Source of the DNA: Vulcanimicrobiota bacterium
Lineage (GTDB): Bacteria; Vulcanimicrobiota; Vulcanimicrobiia; Vulcanimicrobiales; Vulcanimicrobiaceae
DNA: 64,000 nt
Direction of reading: 5' to 3'
NCBI GenBank assembly: GCA_963794645.1
Contig: CAWCEQ010000001.1
Coordinates: 281,722 to 345,721, forward strand
Each line of letters opens with the position of its first letter. The first letter of the stretch is position 1. Of the stretch, positions 46,686 through 57,016 are shown piece by piece. The translations under genes were made by a program, and so were the position numbers. Under the pieces are notes generated by a model. The model worked only from the letters and a program-made list of their open reading frames with translations, did no database searches and had not been told where the DNA came from.

Positions 46686-48180
46686 ACCAACGTTCCAAAT
46701 CGGCGTGAAAGCGCGCGAGCGCTGCAGGGTGCAGATAGACCATGTGCCCCGAGGCGTAGAAGCCGTAGGTGATGTTGCGCTGCACGGCCGGCGCGAGATA
46801 CAGATGATCGAGCGCGTATGCCGTCGCGAAGAACGGCGTCGCAAAATCGAAGTACCCGTTTGCGGAGAATACCTGCATCGCGGGATTGTACGTCATCGTC
46901 TGAGCGAGATCGGGCGTGACGTTGAGGATCTGCGAGTTTGGACCGTGCTTGAAGTCCCAACTTTGCCCGTCGCCGTAGATGAGATCGTAGATCTGCGAGC
47001 GGTAGAGCAGCGGCGTATCGTACTTGAGCACCTGGCGCAGGTAGTAGTTCGACATCGAAACGAAGGCCGAATCTATCGCGGCGTCGGTCGCATCCCAATC
47101 GGGCGAGACGGCGGGACGATCGAGTACGTACGTTTCGAAGCGCGAGTCTATGCGCCCGACGGTGATGCCGCGCTGGCGCATCAGTTCGTCCTCGAAGCGG
47201 TCGTACTGCACGCGCAAATTCGAGTTGCGGATGTACTGCTCCGAAAGCCCGGTGTAGCGGTGGAGCTTCGCGACGACGTCGTTATAGCGATCCGGCGCGA
47301 GCTGCGCACCCGCTCCGAGCGCGTCGAGGTATTCGGTGAGCGCGAAGTGCTCGACGTCGGCCACGAAATCGTCCAGCGAGCCCGCATGCGGAACCGCGTC
47401 GTGATACCACGCCGTGGCCGCTTCGGTCGGCAGATACAGGATATACGCCCAGTCTCCGCCGCCGATCGGCGCGCCGTCGTTGTAATCGATGGCGGAGTTC
47501 AGGAAGGACGAGAGCAGGACGACGCCGTTGAGCCCGATGCCGCGATCCTGCAGCACTTTGGCGAGCACGGAGGAGCGCATCGTGCCGTACGACTCGCCGA
47601 ACAGAAAGCGCGGCGAGTTCCAGCGGTTGAAGTTCGTGATGTAGCGCGTAATGAACTGGGCGAACGCGCCGGCGTCCTGATCTACGCCCCAGAAGTCCTT
47701 GCGAGTGCCCGATCCGATGAGGCGGCCGAAGCCGCTTCCCGGCATATCTATGAAGACGAGATCGGTCTTGTCCAGCAGACTGTACTGATTGTCGACGAGG
47801 CGGTACGGCGGGGGGCCGGTGAGGGTCCCGTCGGCCGTCAGCACGCGGACCGGACCGAACGAGCCCATCCGCAGCCACATAGTCGAACTGCCGGGGCCGC
47901 CGTTGTAGAGGAACGTCACCGCCCGCTTGGACGGGTCCGCACCGTCGAGCGTGTAGGCGGTGTAGAATACGCGGGCGGTCGGCTCGTCGTTGCCGTTGCG
48001 CAACGTGATCGTGCCCGCGCGCGCCGTGTACGCCAGCGTAGCGCCGCCCAGCACGATCCGGTGATGCGTGACCGCGTCGGCGGTGAGCGCGGGGATCGCG
48101 GGGGCCTTGGCCGCGGCGACGCCGGGCAGCCCTATGCAGAGCGCGAGCGCGAAACAGAACGGTAGACGCGGTACGTGCAA
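46660..48180 (-). CDS. Secreted S10 serine carboxypeptidase family protein (tandem paralog)
   Basis: Motifs are FLYNGGPGSSTMWLRMG and FGESYG. I prefer TTG 48180 (MHVPRLPFCFALALCIGLPGVAAA), which has GGGAGGG about 7 nt upstream, over the track start 48258. The 3' end overlaps the next paralog by 26 nt. Confidence 0.8.
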   Translation of the reverse strand: MHVPRLPFCFALALCIGLPGVAAAKAPAIPALTADAVTHHRIVLGGATLAYTARAGTITLRNGNDEPTARVFYTAYTLDGADPSKRAVTFLYNGGPGSSTMWLRMGSFGPVRVLTADGTLTGPPPYRLVDNQYSLLDKTDLVFIDMPGSGFGRLIGSGTRKDFWGVDQDAGAFAQFITRYITNFNRWNSPRFLFGESYGTMRSSVLAKVLQDRGIGLNGVVLLSSFLNSAIDYNDGAPIGGGDWAYILYLPTEAATAWYHDAVPHAGSLDDFVADVEHFALTEYLDALGAGAQLAPDRYNDVVAKLHRYTGLSEQYIRNSNLRVQYDRFEDELMRQRGITVGRIDSRFETYVLDRPAVSPDWDATDAAIDSAFVSMSNYYLRQVLKYDTPLLYRSQIYDLIYGDGQSWDFKHGPNSQILNVTPDLAQTMTYNPAMQVFSANGYFDFATPFFATAYALDHLYLAPAVQRNITYGFYASGHMVYLHPAALARFHADLERWYARTLSNR

Positions 48181-48277
48181 TCCGAACCCTCCCAGTGCCG
48201 ATGCGAGTATCGCCGCACGCGCGCGCGCTCCTGCCGACGCGCGCGGGCGGCCAATCAAAGTTCGCTCAAAACCCGCC

Positions 48278-48655
48278 CTACTCGCCGCGCTCTTCGTACA
48301 GCTCGCCCTTGAGACGCTCGATCGCCGCGGCTATCGAGTCTAAGTACGGAAGCATCGCGCCTTTGATCCGCTTCAGCCGTTCGCGGCCCTGCGCGGTGAT
48401 CGCGTAGGTGCGCCGGGATCGCTTGGTAGCGTGATCCCACGTAGCGGTGACGAAGCCGCGTTCTTCCAGGCGCCGCAGCAGCGGGTAGATCTTGTTCGTG
48501 TTGACGGCGACCAGGTCGCCGCAGACGGCCTCGATGCGCTGCATCAGGCCGTAGCCGTGATCGGGGCGCCGCTCGACGAAGTGCAGGATCAGCGCCGGGA
48601 AGAGCGTCTTGCTCTTGATCGGTCCGGCGAGCAGCTCGTCAACCCGAGGAGCCAT
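48278..48655 (-). CDS. PadR-family transcriptional regulator
   Basis: This is the real C-terminal 125 aa of the track ORF. It has a winged-helix motif (ILHFVERRPDHGYGLMQRIE...NKIYPLLRRLEERGFVTATW). Confidence 0.8.
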   Translation of the reverse strand: MAPRVDELLAGPIKSKTLFPALILHFVERRPDHGYGLMQRIEAVCGDLVAVNTNKIYPLLRRLEERGFVTATWDHATKRSRRTYAITAQGRERLKRIKGAMLPYLDSIAAAIERLKGELYEERGE

Positions 48656-48660
48656 GCGGC

Positions 48661-50460
48661 CTACGCCGGGATTTGGGCGGCGGCGTACGCGCGCTCGATC
48701 TCGTCCGCGTAGCGCTCTTCCACGACCCGCCGCTTGATCTTCATGGCCGGTGAGAGCTCGCCGCCCTCGACGGTGAAGTCCCGTGCGATCACGACGATGC
48801 GGCGTATCTGCTCGTAGGTCGCCAGTCCGTGCGTTTGTCGGTGCGCTTCCAACGCCAGAAACGAGTGGACGTCTTCCCGCGCGGCGAGTTCTTCGGGCGA
48901 GGCGACATCCAAGCCGGAGATCTCGTGGCCCAGGAGGCTCCAGTTCGGGCAGATGAGGGCGATCGGATACGGCCGGCCGTTGCCGGTGACCATCGCCTGC
49001 GCGACGTAGATGGAGCGCTTGATCGCGGCCTCGATGCGTGCCGGCGAGATCCACTTGCCGGCGCCGCTCTTGAAAAGCTCGTTCTTGCGGTCGGTGATCC
49101 GAAGAAAACCCTCGCCGTCTATCTCGCCGACGTCGCCCGTGTGGAGCCATCCGTCGCGAATCGCCTGCGCCGTCGCCTCGGCATCGCGGTAGTAGCCGAG
49201 CATGACGTTGCGTCCGCGAACGAGGACCTCTCCGTCGTCTCCGATGCCGACGTCAACGCCGTGGATCGGGCGCCCGACCGCGCCGTACACGTTCGCGCTG
49301 CGGCGGCTCACCGAGACGACCGGCGAGGTCTCGGTGAGGCCGTATCCCTGCATGATCGGTATCCCGATGCCCAAGAACGTCATCGCGGTATCCACGTGCA
49401 GCGGGGCGCTGCCGCTCGTCAAGAGCCTCATGCGGTCTAGCCCGAGCGCGCGCCGGATCTTTGCGAGGACGAGTTTGCTCGCGATTGCGTACTGCAGCCG
49501 CAGACCGAGCCCCGCGTGGCCGCCGAGCACCTGCGCGTGCATGCAGTCGCGTCCCACCGCGAGCGCCCAAGGAACGAGCTTTCCCTGCAGGCCGCCGGCG
49601 CCGAGCGCTTTTCCTTTAACACCGGCCAAGACGCGATCGAAGATTCGCGGCACGGCCGTCATGCCGACCGGACGCACGTCGCGCAGATCGGCGAGCAGTT
49701 CGCCGGCGTCGTGACAGATGAAGTAGCGCACGCCGGCCAGCAGGTAGATGTAGATGAGCGTGTGCTCGTAGATGTGCGAGTACGGCAGCACGGAGATCGC
49801 GTCGTCGCCGGGCTGCATGCCCTCGAAACCGCAATCGAGCGAGACCTGCGAATCGAAAGCGAGGTTGTCGTGCGAGAGCATGACGCCTTTGGGCGAACCG
49901 GTCGTGCCCGAGGTGTAGATGAGGACGGCGAGATCGTCCGGCCGTAGCGGCGTTTCGTACGCGCCCGGCAGATCGGCACGCTCCGCGCGAATGCCCGCCC
50001 CGTGCGCCTCAAAAGTTGCGAGCCCGCCTTCACCGGCGTCGTCGAAACGCACGGCGCGCGGGAGCGGCGCGCCGGACTCGCGCACGTGGTCGAGCGTCCC
50101 CTGCGAATCCACGAAGAGCAGCTTCGCACCGGAATGTTCGAGGATGTAGGCGGTATGGTCGAGCGCCTGCGTCGGATAGATCGGCACGACGACGCAGCCC
50201 GCAAAGAGGGTCCCGAAATCGCAGACGATCCAGTCAACGCAGTTGCGCGAGACGAGCGCTACGCGGTCGCCGGCTCCAAGACCGGCGTCGCGGATCGCAC
50301 AGGCGACGTTTTCGACTCGCTCGAGGAGCCGCGCGCTCGAGGTCGCGGCCCAGGCGCCGTCCACTCGTTCGAGGAGCAGCTGCTCGCGCGGCTGCGCAAG
50401 CGTGCGCCGAATGACGCTCGGCAGCGTCTCTTTCGCGGGAAGCTCGCGCGAGGTGGCCAC
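48661..50460 (-). CDS. Long-chain fatty acid-CoA ligase (AMP-forming, FadD-like)
   Basis: It has the AMP-binding motif IYTSGTTGSPKGVMLSH, plus YGLTETS and GWLHTGDVGEID. The protein is 599 aa. Confidence 0.85.
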   Translation of the reverse strand: MATSRELPAKETLPSVIRRTLAQPREQLLLERVDGAWAATSSARLLERVENVACAIRDAGLGAGDRVALVSRNCVDWIVCDFGTLFAGCVVVPIYPTQALDHTAYILEHSGAKLLFVDSQGTLDHVRESGAPLPRAVRFDDAGEGGLATFEAHGAGIRAERADLPGAYETPLRPDDLAVLIYTSGTTGSPKGVMLSHDNLAFDSQVSLDCGFEGMQPGDDAISVLPYSHIYEHTLIYIYLLAGVRYFICHDAGELLADLRDVRPVGMTAVPRIFDRVLAGVKGKALGAGGLQGKLVPWALAVGRDCMHAQVLGGHAGLGLRLQYAIASKLVLAKIRRALGLDRMRLLTSGSAPLHVDTAMTFLGIGIPIMQGYGLTETSPVVSVSRRSANVYGAVGRPIHGVDVGIGDDGEVLVRGRNVMLGYYRDAEATAQAIRDGWLHTGDVGEIDGEGFLRITDRKNELFKSGAGKWISPARIEAAIKRSIYVAQAMVTGNGRPYPIALICPNWSLLGHEISGLDVASPEELAAREDVHSFLALEAHRQTHGLATYEQIRRIVVIARDFTVEGGELSPAMKIKRRVVEERYADEIERAYAAAQIPA

Positions 50461-50508
50461 CTAGGCCAATGCGCGTTGCTCGCCGGCGACCCCTCTCGAT
50501 GCGGACGG

Positions 50509-51132
50509 CTACGGGCCGCGCAGGTATGGCCGCGCGCGTTCGAGGCGCGAGGCGGTCATGCCGGAGACGTCGAGCAGCTCGTCCAGGGAGGCGAAGTTGC
50601 CCTCGCGGTCGCGCAGTTCGACGATGCGCTGCGCGATCGCGCGCCCGATGCCCGGAACGGACGCGAGCTCGCCGGCGGCCGCCGCGTTCACGTCTACGCT
50701 CTCCTCGGGCGGCGGCGTCGCCGCGTGCCGGCCGGATCGCCGCGAGCGGGTGTGCAGGGTGCGCCCCTCACCCAGCTGCGGGACGTAGATCTCTTCGCCG
50801 TCGCCGGCACGCGCCGCAAGGTTAACGCCTGCGGGATCGGCGTTCCCGCGGAAGCCGCCGGCGAGCGCGACCGCGCGATCGTCGCGGTCGCCTGCCCGCA
50901 GATGGTAGAGGCCCGGATTGCGCACGGCGCCCGCGACGTAAACGACGAGATCGCCGCCTTGCGCGAACCCATCCCGGCGGTGCCGGCGCCGTTCGCCGCG
51001 CCCGTAGACGGCCGGCTCGTCGCTCGGCTGCGTCGCCGTCTGGAGAAGCGTGGCCGGATGCGGGGCCGGGCGCCACACGGCGAAGGCGGCCAGGCCGAGG
51101 ATCGCTGCGATGCCGAGAATTCTCAACGTCAT
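50509..51132 (-). CDS. comEA: Competence protein ComEA (SLBB plus helix-hairpin-helix DNA receptor)
   Basis: It has an N-terminal TM helix, the SLBB-like VVYVAGAVRNPGLYHL, and a C-terminal HhH motif (ELASVPGIGRAIAQRIVELRDREGNFASLDELLDVSGM). Confidence 0.8.
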   Translation of the reverse strand: MTLRILGIAAILGLAAFAVWRPAPHPATLLQTATQPSDEPAVYGRGERRRHRRDGFAQGGDLVVYVAGAVRNPGLYHLRAGDRDDRAVALAGGFRGNADPAGVNLAARAGDGEEIYVPQLGEGRTLHTRSRRSGRHAATPPPEESVDVNAAAAGELASVPGIGRAIAQRIVELRDREGNFASLDELLDVSGMTASRLERARPYLRGP

Positions 51133-51253
51133 GCGGCTCCATCACGCGCGCGTCAAGCCGCCGAAACCCTGCGCCTCCCGCAGCGTAGTCGGACGGGATA
51201 AGGCCATCTACGCGTCGAGATGCAACAGGTTCCGCATAACGAACTAGTGAGGC

Positions 51254-52201
51254 GTGTTCCCTCCCCTTGAACCTTTCGAGAGCGGAATGCTCGACGTCGG
51301 CGATCGGCAGCGGATCTACTGGGAGTGTTCAGGCAATCCTCGGGGTCGCCCGGTCGTGTACCTGCACGGCGGCCCGGGATCAGGATGTACGAGCCAAAAC
51401 CGGCGCTATTTTGATCCGAGCGTTTACAAGATCGTCTTGACCGATCAGCGAGGGTGTGGTCGCAGCCTGCCGCGCGTCGAGAAAAGAGCGGACCTCACCG
51501 TGAATACCACCGCGCACCTCGTTCGCGATCTGGAGCGCCTGCGCGCGCATCTCCAGATGGAGCGCTGGGCCCTCCTCGGCGGCTCGTGGGGGACTACGCT
51601 CGGACTAGCCTACGCGCAGGCGTTTCCCGACCGCGTTTCAGCGATCGTATTGGCAAGTGTAACGACAACAACGCGCCGGGAAGTACGATGGATAACCCGC
51701 GATATGGGCCGCATCTTCCCCAAGGAATGGGACTGCTTTGCCTCGGTCGCTGGTTGCGCCTCGTCTTCTTCCGCGTCGCTGGTAGATATTTACGCAGAGT
51801 TAGCCTTTGATGCGGACGAGTCGCGGCAGAACGACGCGGCACAGAAGTGGTGTGCGTGGGAAGACGTTCACGTGTCGCTGTCGCCGGGGTATGCGCCAAA
51901 CCGTCGCTTTGACGATCCAACGTTTCGCTTGCTATTTACACGTCTGGTAACTCACTATTGGAGGCACGCTGCATTCCTTGAAGAGGACCAGCTAATCCGT
52001 AACGCGCCGGTGCTCAACGATATACCGGGGTTTCTCTTGCACGGCCGCTACGATATCAGCAGCCCGGTGGAGACGGCTTGGCGGCTGCATCGGGCATGGC
52101 GCGGCAGTCAGTTGCAGATAATAGATCGTGCGGGGCACGGCGGCGGGACCATGGCCGACCACATGGTCTCGGCAACGAATCAGATAGCCGCCGGCGGGTA
52201 G
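51254..52201 (+). CDS. pip: Prolyl aminopeptidase (proline iminopeptidase, alpha/beta hydrolase)
   Basis: The GTG start gives [44 protein letters not shown]. Other motifs are DQRGCGRS and the nucleophile motif GGSWGTTL. G+C is visibly lower than in the neighbours. Confidence 0.85.
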   Translation: MFPPLEPFESGMLDVGDRQRIYWECSGNPRGRPVVYLHGGPGSGCTSQNRRYFDPSVYKIVLTDQRGCGRSLPRVEKRADLTVNTTAHLVRDLERLRAHLQMERWALLGGSWGTTLGLAYAQAFPDRVSAIVLASVTTTTRREVRWITRDMGRIFPKEWDCFASVAGCASSSSASLVDIYAELAFDADESRQNDAAQKWCAWEDVHVSLSPGYAPNRRFDDPTFRLLFTRLVTHYWRHAAFLEEDQLIRNAPVLNDIPGFLLHGRYDISSPVETAWRLHRAWRGSQLQIIDRAGHGGGTMADHMVSATNQIAAGG

Positions 52202-52301
52202 CGTGCTGCGGCCCGGAGCGGCGGTTCTCCGCGGCCGAGCGCGTCGCGGTAGTGGGGGAAGGGGTAGCGCCGGCCGCGGCCCAGCGTGTACGATGCTCTC
52301 C

Positions 52302-54768
52302 ATGACCGAACGATCCGGCTACGACTTCCGAGCCGTCGAGGGCAAGTGGCAAGCGCGCTGGGAAAGCGAATCGCTCTACCGCGCCTCCGACGAGAGCGAC
52401 CGGCCGAAGTACTACGCGCTCGAGATGCTGCCGTATCCTTCCGGCGACCTCCACCTCGGTCATGCGAAGAACTACACGATCGGCGATGCGATCGCGCGAA
52501 CGATGCGCATGCTGGGCTACGACGTGCTGCACCCGATGGGGTGGGACGCCTTCGGCCTGCCGGCCGAGAACGCCGCGATATCCCGCGGCATAGACCCGGC
52601 GACGTGGACGACGCAGAACATCTCCAACATGCGGCGCCAGATGCGCTTGATGGGCACCAGCTACGATTGGTCGCGCGAGATCGCCACGTGCGAACCGGAG
52701 TTCTACCGCTGGAATCAGTGGCTCTTCTTACGCCTGTACGAGCACGGGCTGGCGTACAAGCGCGAGGCGCCGGTGAACTGGTGCCCGCACGACAAGACCG
52801 TGCTCGCCAACGAGCAGGTCGTGGACGGGCGATGCTGGCGCTGTTCGCATCTGGTCGAACGCCGCAACCTCTCGCAGTGGTTCCTGCGCATCACGCGAGT
52901 ACGCGGACCGGCTGCTCGACGACATCGAAAAGCTCGACGGCTGGCCGGACCGTACGCGCGCGATGCAGCGCCACTGGATCGGGCGCAGCGAAGGCGCGCG
53001 CGTTCGGTTCGGCGTGGAAGGCCTCAAAGACGGCATCGAAGTTTTCACGACCCGCGCCGACACGCTCTTCGGTGCGACGTTCCTGGCGGTCGCGCCGGAG
53101 CATCCGGCGGTCGCCGCGATCCTGCGCTCGGCAGCCCCGGAGCGGGCCGCGGAGATGACGGCCTTCGCGCGGAGCCTCGAATCGAAGTCGGATATCGAAC
53201 GCTCGAGCCTCACGGAGAAGCAAGGCGTCTTTACCGGCGCGTACGCGGTCAACCCGCTCTCGCGCGAGCGCGTCCCGATCTGGCTGACGAACTACGTGCT
53301 CGCGGAGTACGGCGGCGGAGCGGTCATGGGCGTGCCCGCGCACGACGAGCGCGACTTCGAGTTTGCCAAGCAATACGCACTGCCGATCGCTCGCGTGATC
53401 GTGCCGGCGCACGGCGAAGCGCCGGAATCGCTCGACGCGCCCTACGTGGACGACGGACGGCTGATCGCGAGCGACGATTTTTCCGGCATGTCGAGCGAGC
53501 GCGCTCGCGAAGCGATCGCGACGCGCCTGGAATCCGAGGGGAACGGAGCGAAGGCGGTCCACTACCGTCTGCGCGATTGGCTCGTTTCGCGCCAGCGCTA
53601 TTGGGGCACGCCCATTCCGATCGTGCACTGCGAGCGCTGCGGCGAGGTGCCGGTGCCCGAGGAAGAGCTGCCGATCGTGCTGCCGCCGGGCGTGCGTTTT
53701 GCGGGCGAAGGCTCTCCTCTCGCCGCCCAGCCGGAGTTCGTCGAGACGCGATGCCCGGCATGCGGCGGCAACGCGCGGCGCGAGAGCGATACGATGGATA
53801 CGTTCTTCGAGTCGTCTTGGTACTATCTGCGCTATCTCGATCCGCACAACGACCGCGCGCCCTGGGCGGCCGGGCGCGCCAATCGCTGGATGAACGTAGA
53901 CGAGTACGTCGGCGGCGCCGAGCACGCGGTCATGCATCTGCTCTACTCGCGCTTTTTCTACAAGTTCTTCCACGACCGCGGCTGGGTGAGCGGCCGCGAC
54001 GAGCCGTTCGAGAACCTGTTCCATCAAGGGCTCGTGCTGCACAACGGCGAGAAGATGTCCAAATCGCGCGGCAACGTCGTCGGCATAGACGAGACCGCCG
54101 AGAAGTACGGCATTGACGCGATGCGCCTCTTCCTTCTCTACGTTACGCCGCCGGAAGAGACGAGCGACTGGACCGCGGAAGGCATCGGCGGACGCGTGCG
54201 CCTGCTCAACCGCATCTGGCGCGCCTGCGAGCCGTACTTTGCCGGTTCGCCGCAGCCCGCAAAGCCGGCCGCCCCCGCCGAAGGCGACAAGGCGCTCGCG
54301 CGCGCCGTCGCCGTCGTCGCGAAATCGGCGATCGAAGAGACGCGCTCGCGGCGCTTTCACTACAACACGACGATCGCGAAGGTAGACGAGCTCGTCAACG
54401 CGATGACCACGGCGCCGGTGGAGAGCGCTGCGCGCTCGCAGGCCGCGCGCACGATACCGCTGCTAATCGCGCCGTTCGCACCGCATATCGCCGAAGAGCT
54501 CTGGGAGCGGCTGGGTCACGCGACATCCGTGCACCTGGAGCGCTACCCCGAACCCGATGCAAACGCGCTCGAGGTAGACGAAATCACGCTCGTCGTGCAG
54601 GTAAACGGCAAGGTGCGCGCGCGGATCGTCGTACCGGCCGGCATCGAACAGGAGCAGGCGCTGGAGCGCGCGCTGGCCGATCCGAACGTACGCGCACACC
54701 TGGAAGGCAAGACGCTCGCCAAGCAGGTGTACGTGCGCGACAAGCTGCTCAGCCTCGTAGTGACGTGA
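52302..54768 (+). CDS. leuS: Leucine-tRNA ligase, interrupted by an apparent 1-nt insertion near 52896
   Basis: The N-terminal part lies in the frame of ORF 52203..54116 ([21 protein letters not shown], the HIGH region [11 protein letters not shown], ...[10 protein letters not shown]). The rest lies in the +1 frame ([33 protein letters not shown], ..., KMSKS). The DNA reads ATC ACG C GAG TAC GCG. Confidence 0.9.
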
Positions 54769-56000
54769 GCGAGCCCGCCCGGATCTCGACCGGCGCCTGC
54801 ATCGTCGGCGGGGGCCCTTGCGGCATGATGCTCGGCGTGCTGCTCGCGCGCGCAGGCGTCGACGTCACCGTGCTCGAGAAGCACGCCGATTTCTTTCGCG
54901 ACTTTCGCGGCGACACGATCCACCCGTCAACCCTCCAACTGCTCTACGAACTGGGCTGGCTCTCCGAGTTTCTCACGTTGCCGCACGACGAGTTAGCGGC
55001 CGTGAGCGGCCGGATCTTCGGCGAGACGGTCGAGATGGCCGACTTCTCGCACCTGCCGACGCACTGCAAGTTCATCGCTCTGATGCCGCAGTGGGACTTC
55101 CTCAACTTTCTCGCCGAACGCGGGCGGCGCTATCCGACGTTCGGTCTGCGGATGGAGACGCACGGCATGGGCTTGCTGGAAAGCGACGGCCGCGTCACCG
55201 GCGTACGGGCCACCTCGCCATCAGGGGAGATCGAGATTACGGCCCAACTCGTGGTCGGCGCGGACGGGCGGCACTCCGAGATTCGCGCGCTCGCCGGCTT
55301 CAAGGTCGAGGATCTCGGGGCGCCGATGGACGTGCTGTGGCTGCGCCTCTCCAAACGACCCGGGGATACGTCGCAGCGCCTGGGCAACATCGCACGCGGG
55401 CGCATGCTCGTGACGCTCGATCGCGGCACGTACTGGCAGTGCGCGTACTTGATCTTCAAAGGCTCGTACGAAGAGGTACAGGCCCGCGGCATCGAGGCCT
55501 TGCAGCGCGACATCGCCGAGGTCGTGCCCGAACTGGCGGACCGCGTCGGCGAGCTCACCGACTGGTCGAAGATCTCGATGCTCCAGGTGCGGGTGGACCG
55601 CCTCGTGCGCTGGTACCGCCCCGGGCTGCTCTGCATCGGGGACGCCGCGCACGCGATGTCGCCGATCGGCGGCGTCGGCATCAATCTCGCGATCCAAGAC
55701 GCGGTCGCCACCGCGAACATTCTCGCCGAGAGCCTCGCGGGCGGCGGAACGCCGAGCGACGCGCAACTGCAGCGCGTCGAAACCCGGCGCACCTTTCCCA
55801 CGAAAGTGACTCAAGCGTTTCAGGTGTTCGTGCAGAACCGCGTGGTGGATCCGATCCTGCGCGGCACCGTGCGCGAGGGCGCGCCCCGGGCGTTGAAGCT
55901 GTTCGACGCGTTTCCCGTCTTGCGCCGGATCCCCGCGCGCTTCATCGGCATCGGCGCGCGTCCGGAGCACGTTCGCACGCCGGACGCTTTTTCGCTCTAG
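54765..56000 (+). CDS. FAD-dependent monooxygenase/oxidoreductase (UbiH/TetX-like)
   Basis: The GTG start overlaps the leuS stop. It has the Rossmann motif CIVGGGPCGMMLGVLLARAG and the FAD motif LLCIGDAAHAMSPIGGVGINLAIQDA. Confidence 0.8.
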   Translation: MSEPARISTGACIVGGGPCGMMLGVLLARAGVDVTVLEKHADFFRDFRGDTIHPSTLQLLYELGWLSEFLTLPHDELAAVSGRIFGETVEMADFSHLPTHCKFIALMPQWDFLNFLAERGRRYPTFGLRMETHGMGLLESDGRVTGVRATSPSGEIEITAQLVVGADGRHSEIRALAGFKVEDLGAPMDVLWLRLSKRPGDTSQRLGNIARGRMLVTLDRGTYWQCAYLIFKGSYEEVQARGIEALQRDIAEVVPELADRVGELTDWSKISMLQVRVDRLVRWYRPGLLCIGDAAHAMSPIGGVGINLAIQDAVATANILAESLAGGGTPSDAQLQRVETRRTFPTKVTQAFQVFVQNRVVDPILRGTVREGAPRALKLFDAFPVLRRIPARFIGIGARPEHVRTPDAFSL

Positions 56001-56944
56001 CGTTCCGCCCCGCGAACGGCGAGCTGCCGTTCGAAGTATTCGTACGTCGCCTTGATGCCCACCGGGAGCGACGTCTGCGGCGTCCAGCCCAGTTCGGCCG
56101 TCGCCAACGAGGAATCGAACTGCGCGTCGCGTGCGTCGCCGGGCCGGCGCGCGGCCCGCTCGATCGGTACCTCAAAGCCGCCGATCTGCGCGATGGTCGA
56201 GTAGATCTCGTTCACGCTCGTCTTGCGGCCGGTCCCGATCACGTAACAGCCGCCCGAGCCCGACTCGAGCGCGAGCAGGTTCGCGCGCGCGACGTCGCCG
56301 ACGTACACGTAGTCGCGCGTCTGCTCGCCGTCCCAGTCTATCCGCACGCCCTGCCGCGCGAGAAACTTGCCGATGAAGATCGCCACGACGCCGGCCTCCC
56401 CGTTGGGGTCCTGGCGCGGCCCGTAGACGTTGCCGTAACGAAGCGCGGTAAAATCCATCTCGCGTTCGCTGCGAAAGAAGCGCAGATACTGCTCGGCGAC
56501 CATCTTGCTGATGCCGTAGGGAGAGGTCGGACGCTGCGGCGTTTCGTCGGTGATCGGCAGGCGCTCGGGCGTGCCGAACGTCGCGCCGCTCGAAGCGAAG
56601 ATCGTCTTGCGCGCGCCGCTCTTGTGCGCGTGTTCGAGAACGTTGAGCAAGCCGATGACGTTCACTTGCGCGTCGAAGAGCGGATCGCGCACCGAGATCG
56701 CGACCGAATGCTGCGCGGCGTGATGATTCACAAGGTCGGGCTTGAAATCCGAGAACACGCGGCCGATCGCCTCGTCGCGGATGTCCATGTGGACGAGCGA
56801 GACGCCGCCGGGCACGTTCGCACGCCGGCCGCCGCCGTGTTCCCACAGCGAATCGACGACGAGAACCTCGTGGCCGGCCGCTACGTACGCCTCGACGACG
56901 TGGGAACCGATAAACCCGGCGCCGCCGGTAACGATAATGCGCAC
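55997..56944 (-). CDS. NAD-dependent epimerase/dehydratase (UDP-glucose 4-epimerase-like SDR)
   Basis: It has IIVTGGAGFIGSH and the catalytic YxxxK in SPYGISKMVAEQY. The protein is 315 aa. Confidence 0.85.
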   Translation of the reverse strand: MRIIVTGGAGFIGSHVVEAYVAAGHEVLVVDSLWEHGGGRRANVPGGVSLVHMDIRDEAIGRVFSDFKPDLVNHHAAQHSVAISVRDPLFDAQVNVIGLLNVLEHAHKSGARKTIFASSGATFGTPERLPITDETPQRPTSPYGISKMVAEQYLRFFRSEREMDFTALRYGNVYGPRQDPNGEAGVVAIFIGKFLARQGVRIDWDGEQTRDYVYVGDVARANLLALESGSGGCYVIGTGRKTSVNEIYSTIAQIGGFEVPIERAARRPGDARDAQFDSSLATAELGWTPQTSLPVGIKATYEYFERQLAVRGAER

Positions 56945-57016
56945 CGCCCTTCCTTCGCGCTCGGTTGCCGCGTCCTTTTACTAGACGCGAGCGGCCTTCG
57001 TCGCAGAACGATCGTG

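Noticed and set aside
54818-57016. First 733 codons of the 1511-aa plus ORF 54818..59353
   Set aside because: The sequence is Arg-rich junk overlapping the well-supported FAD monooxygenase and epimerase genes. ComEC homology starts at ATG 57017.
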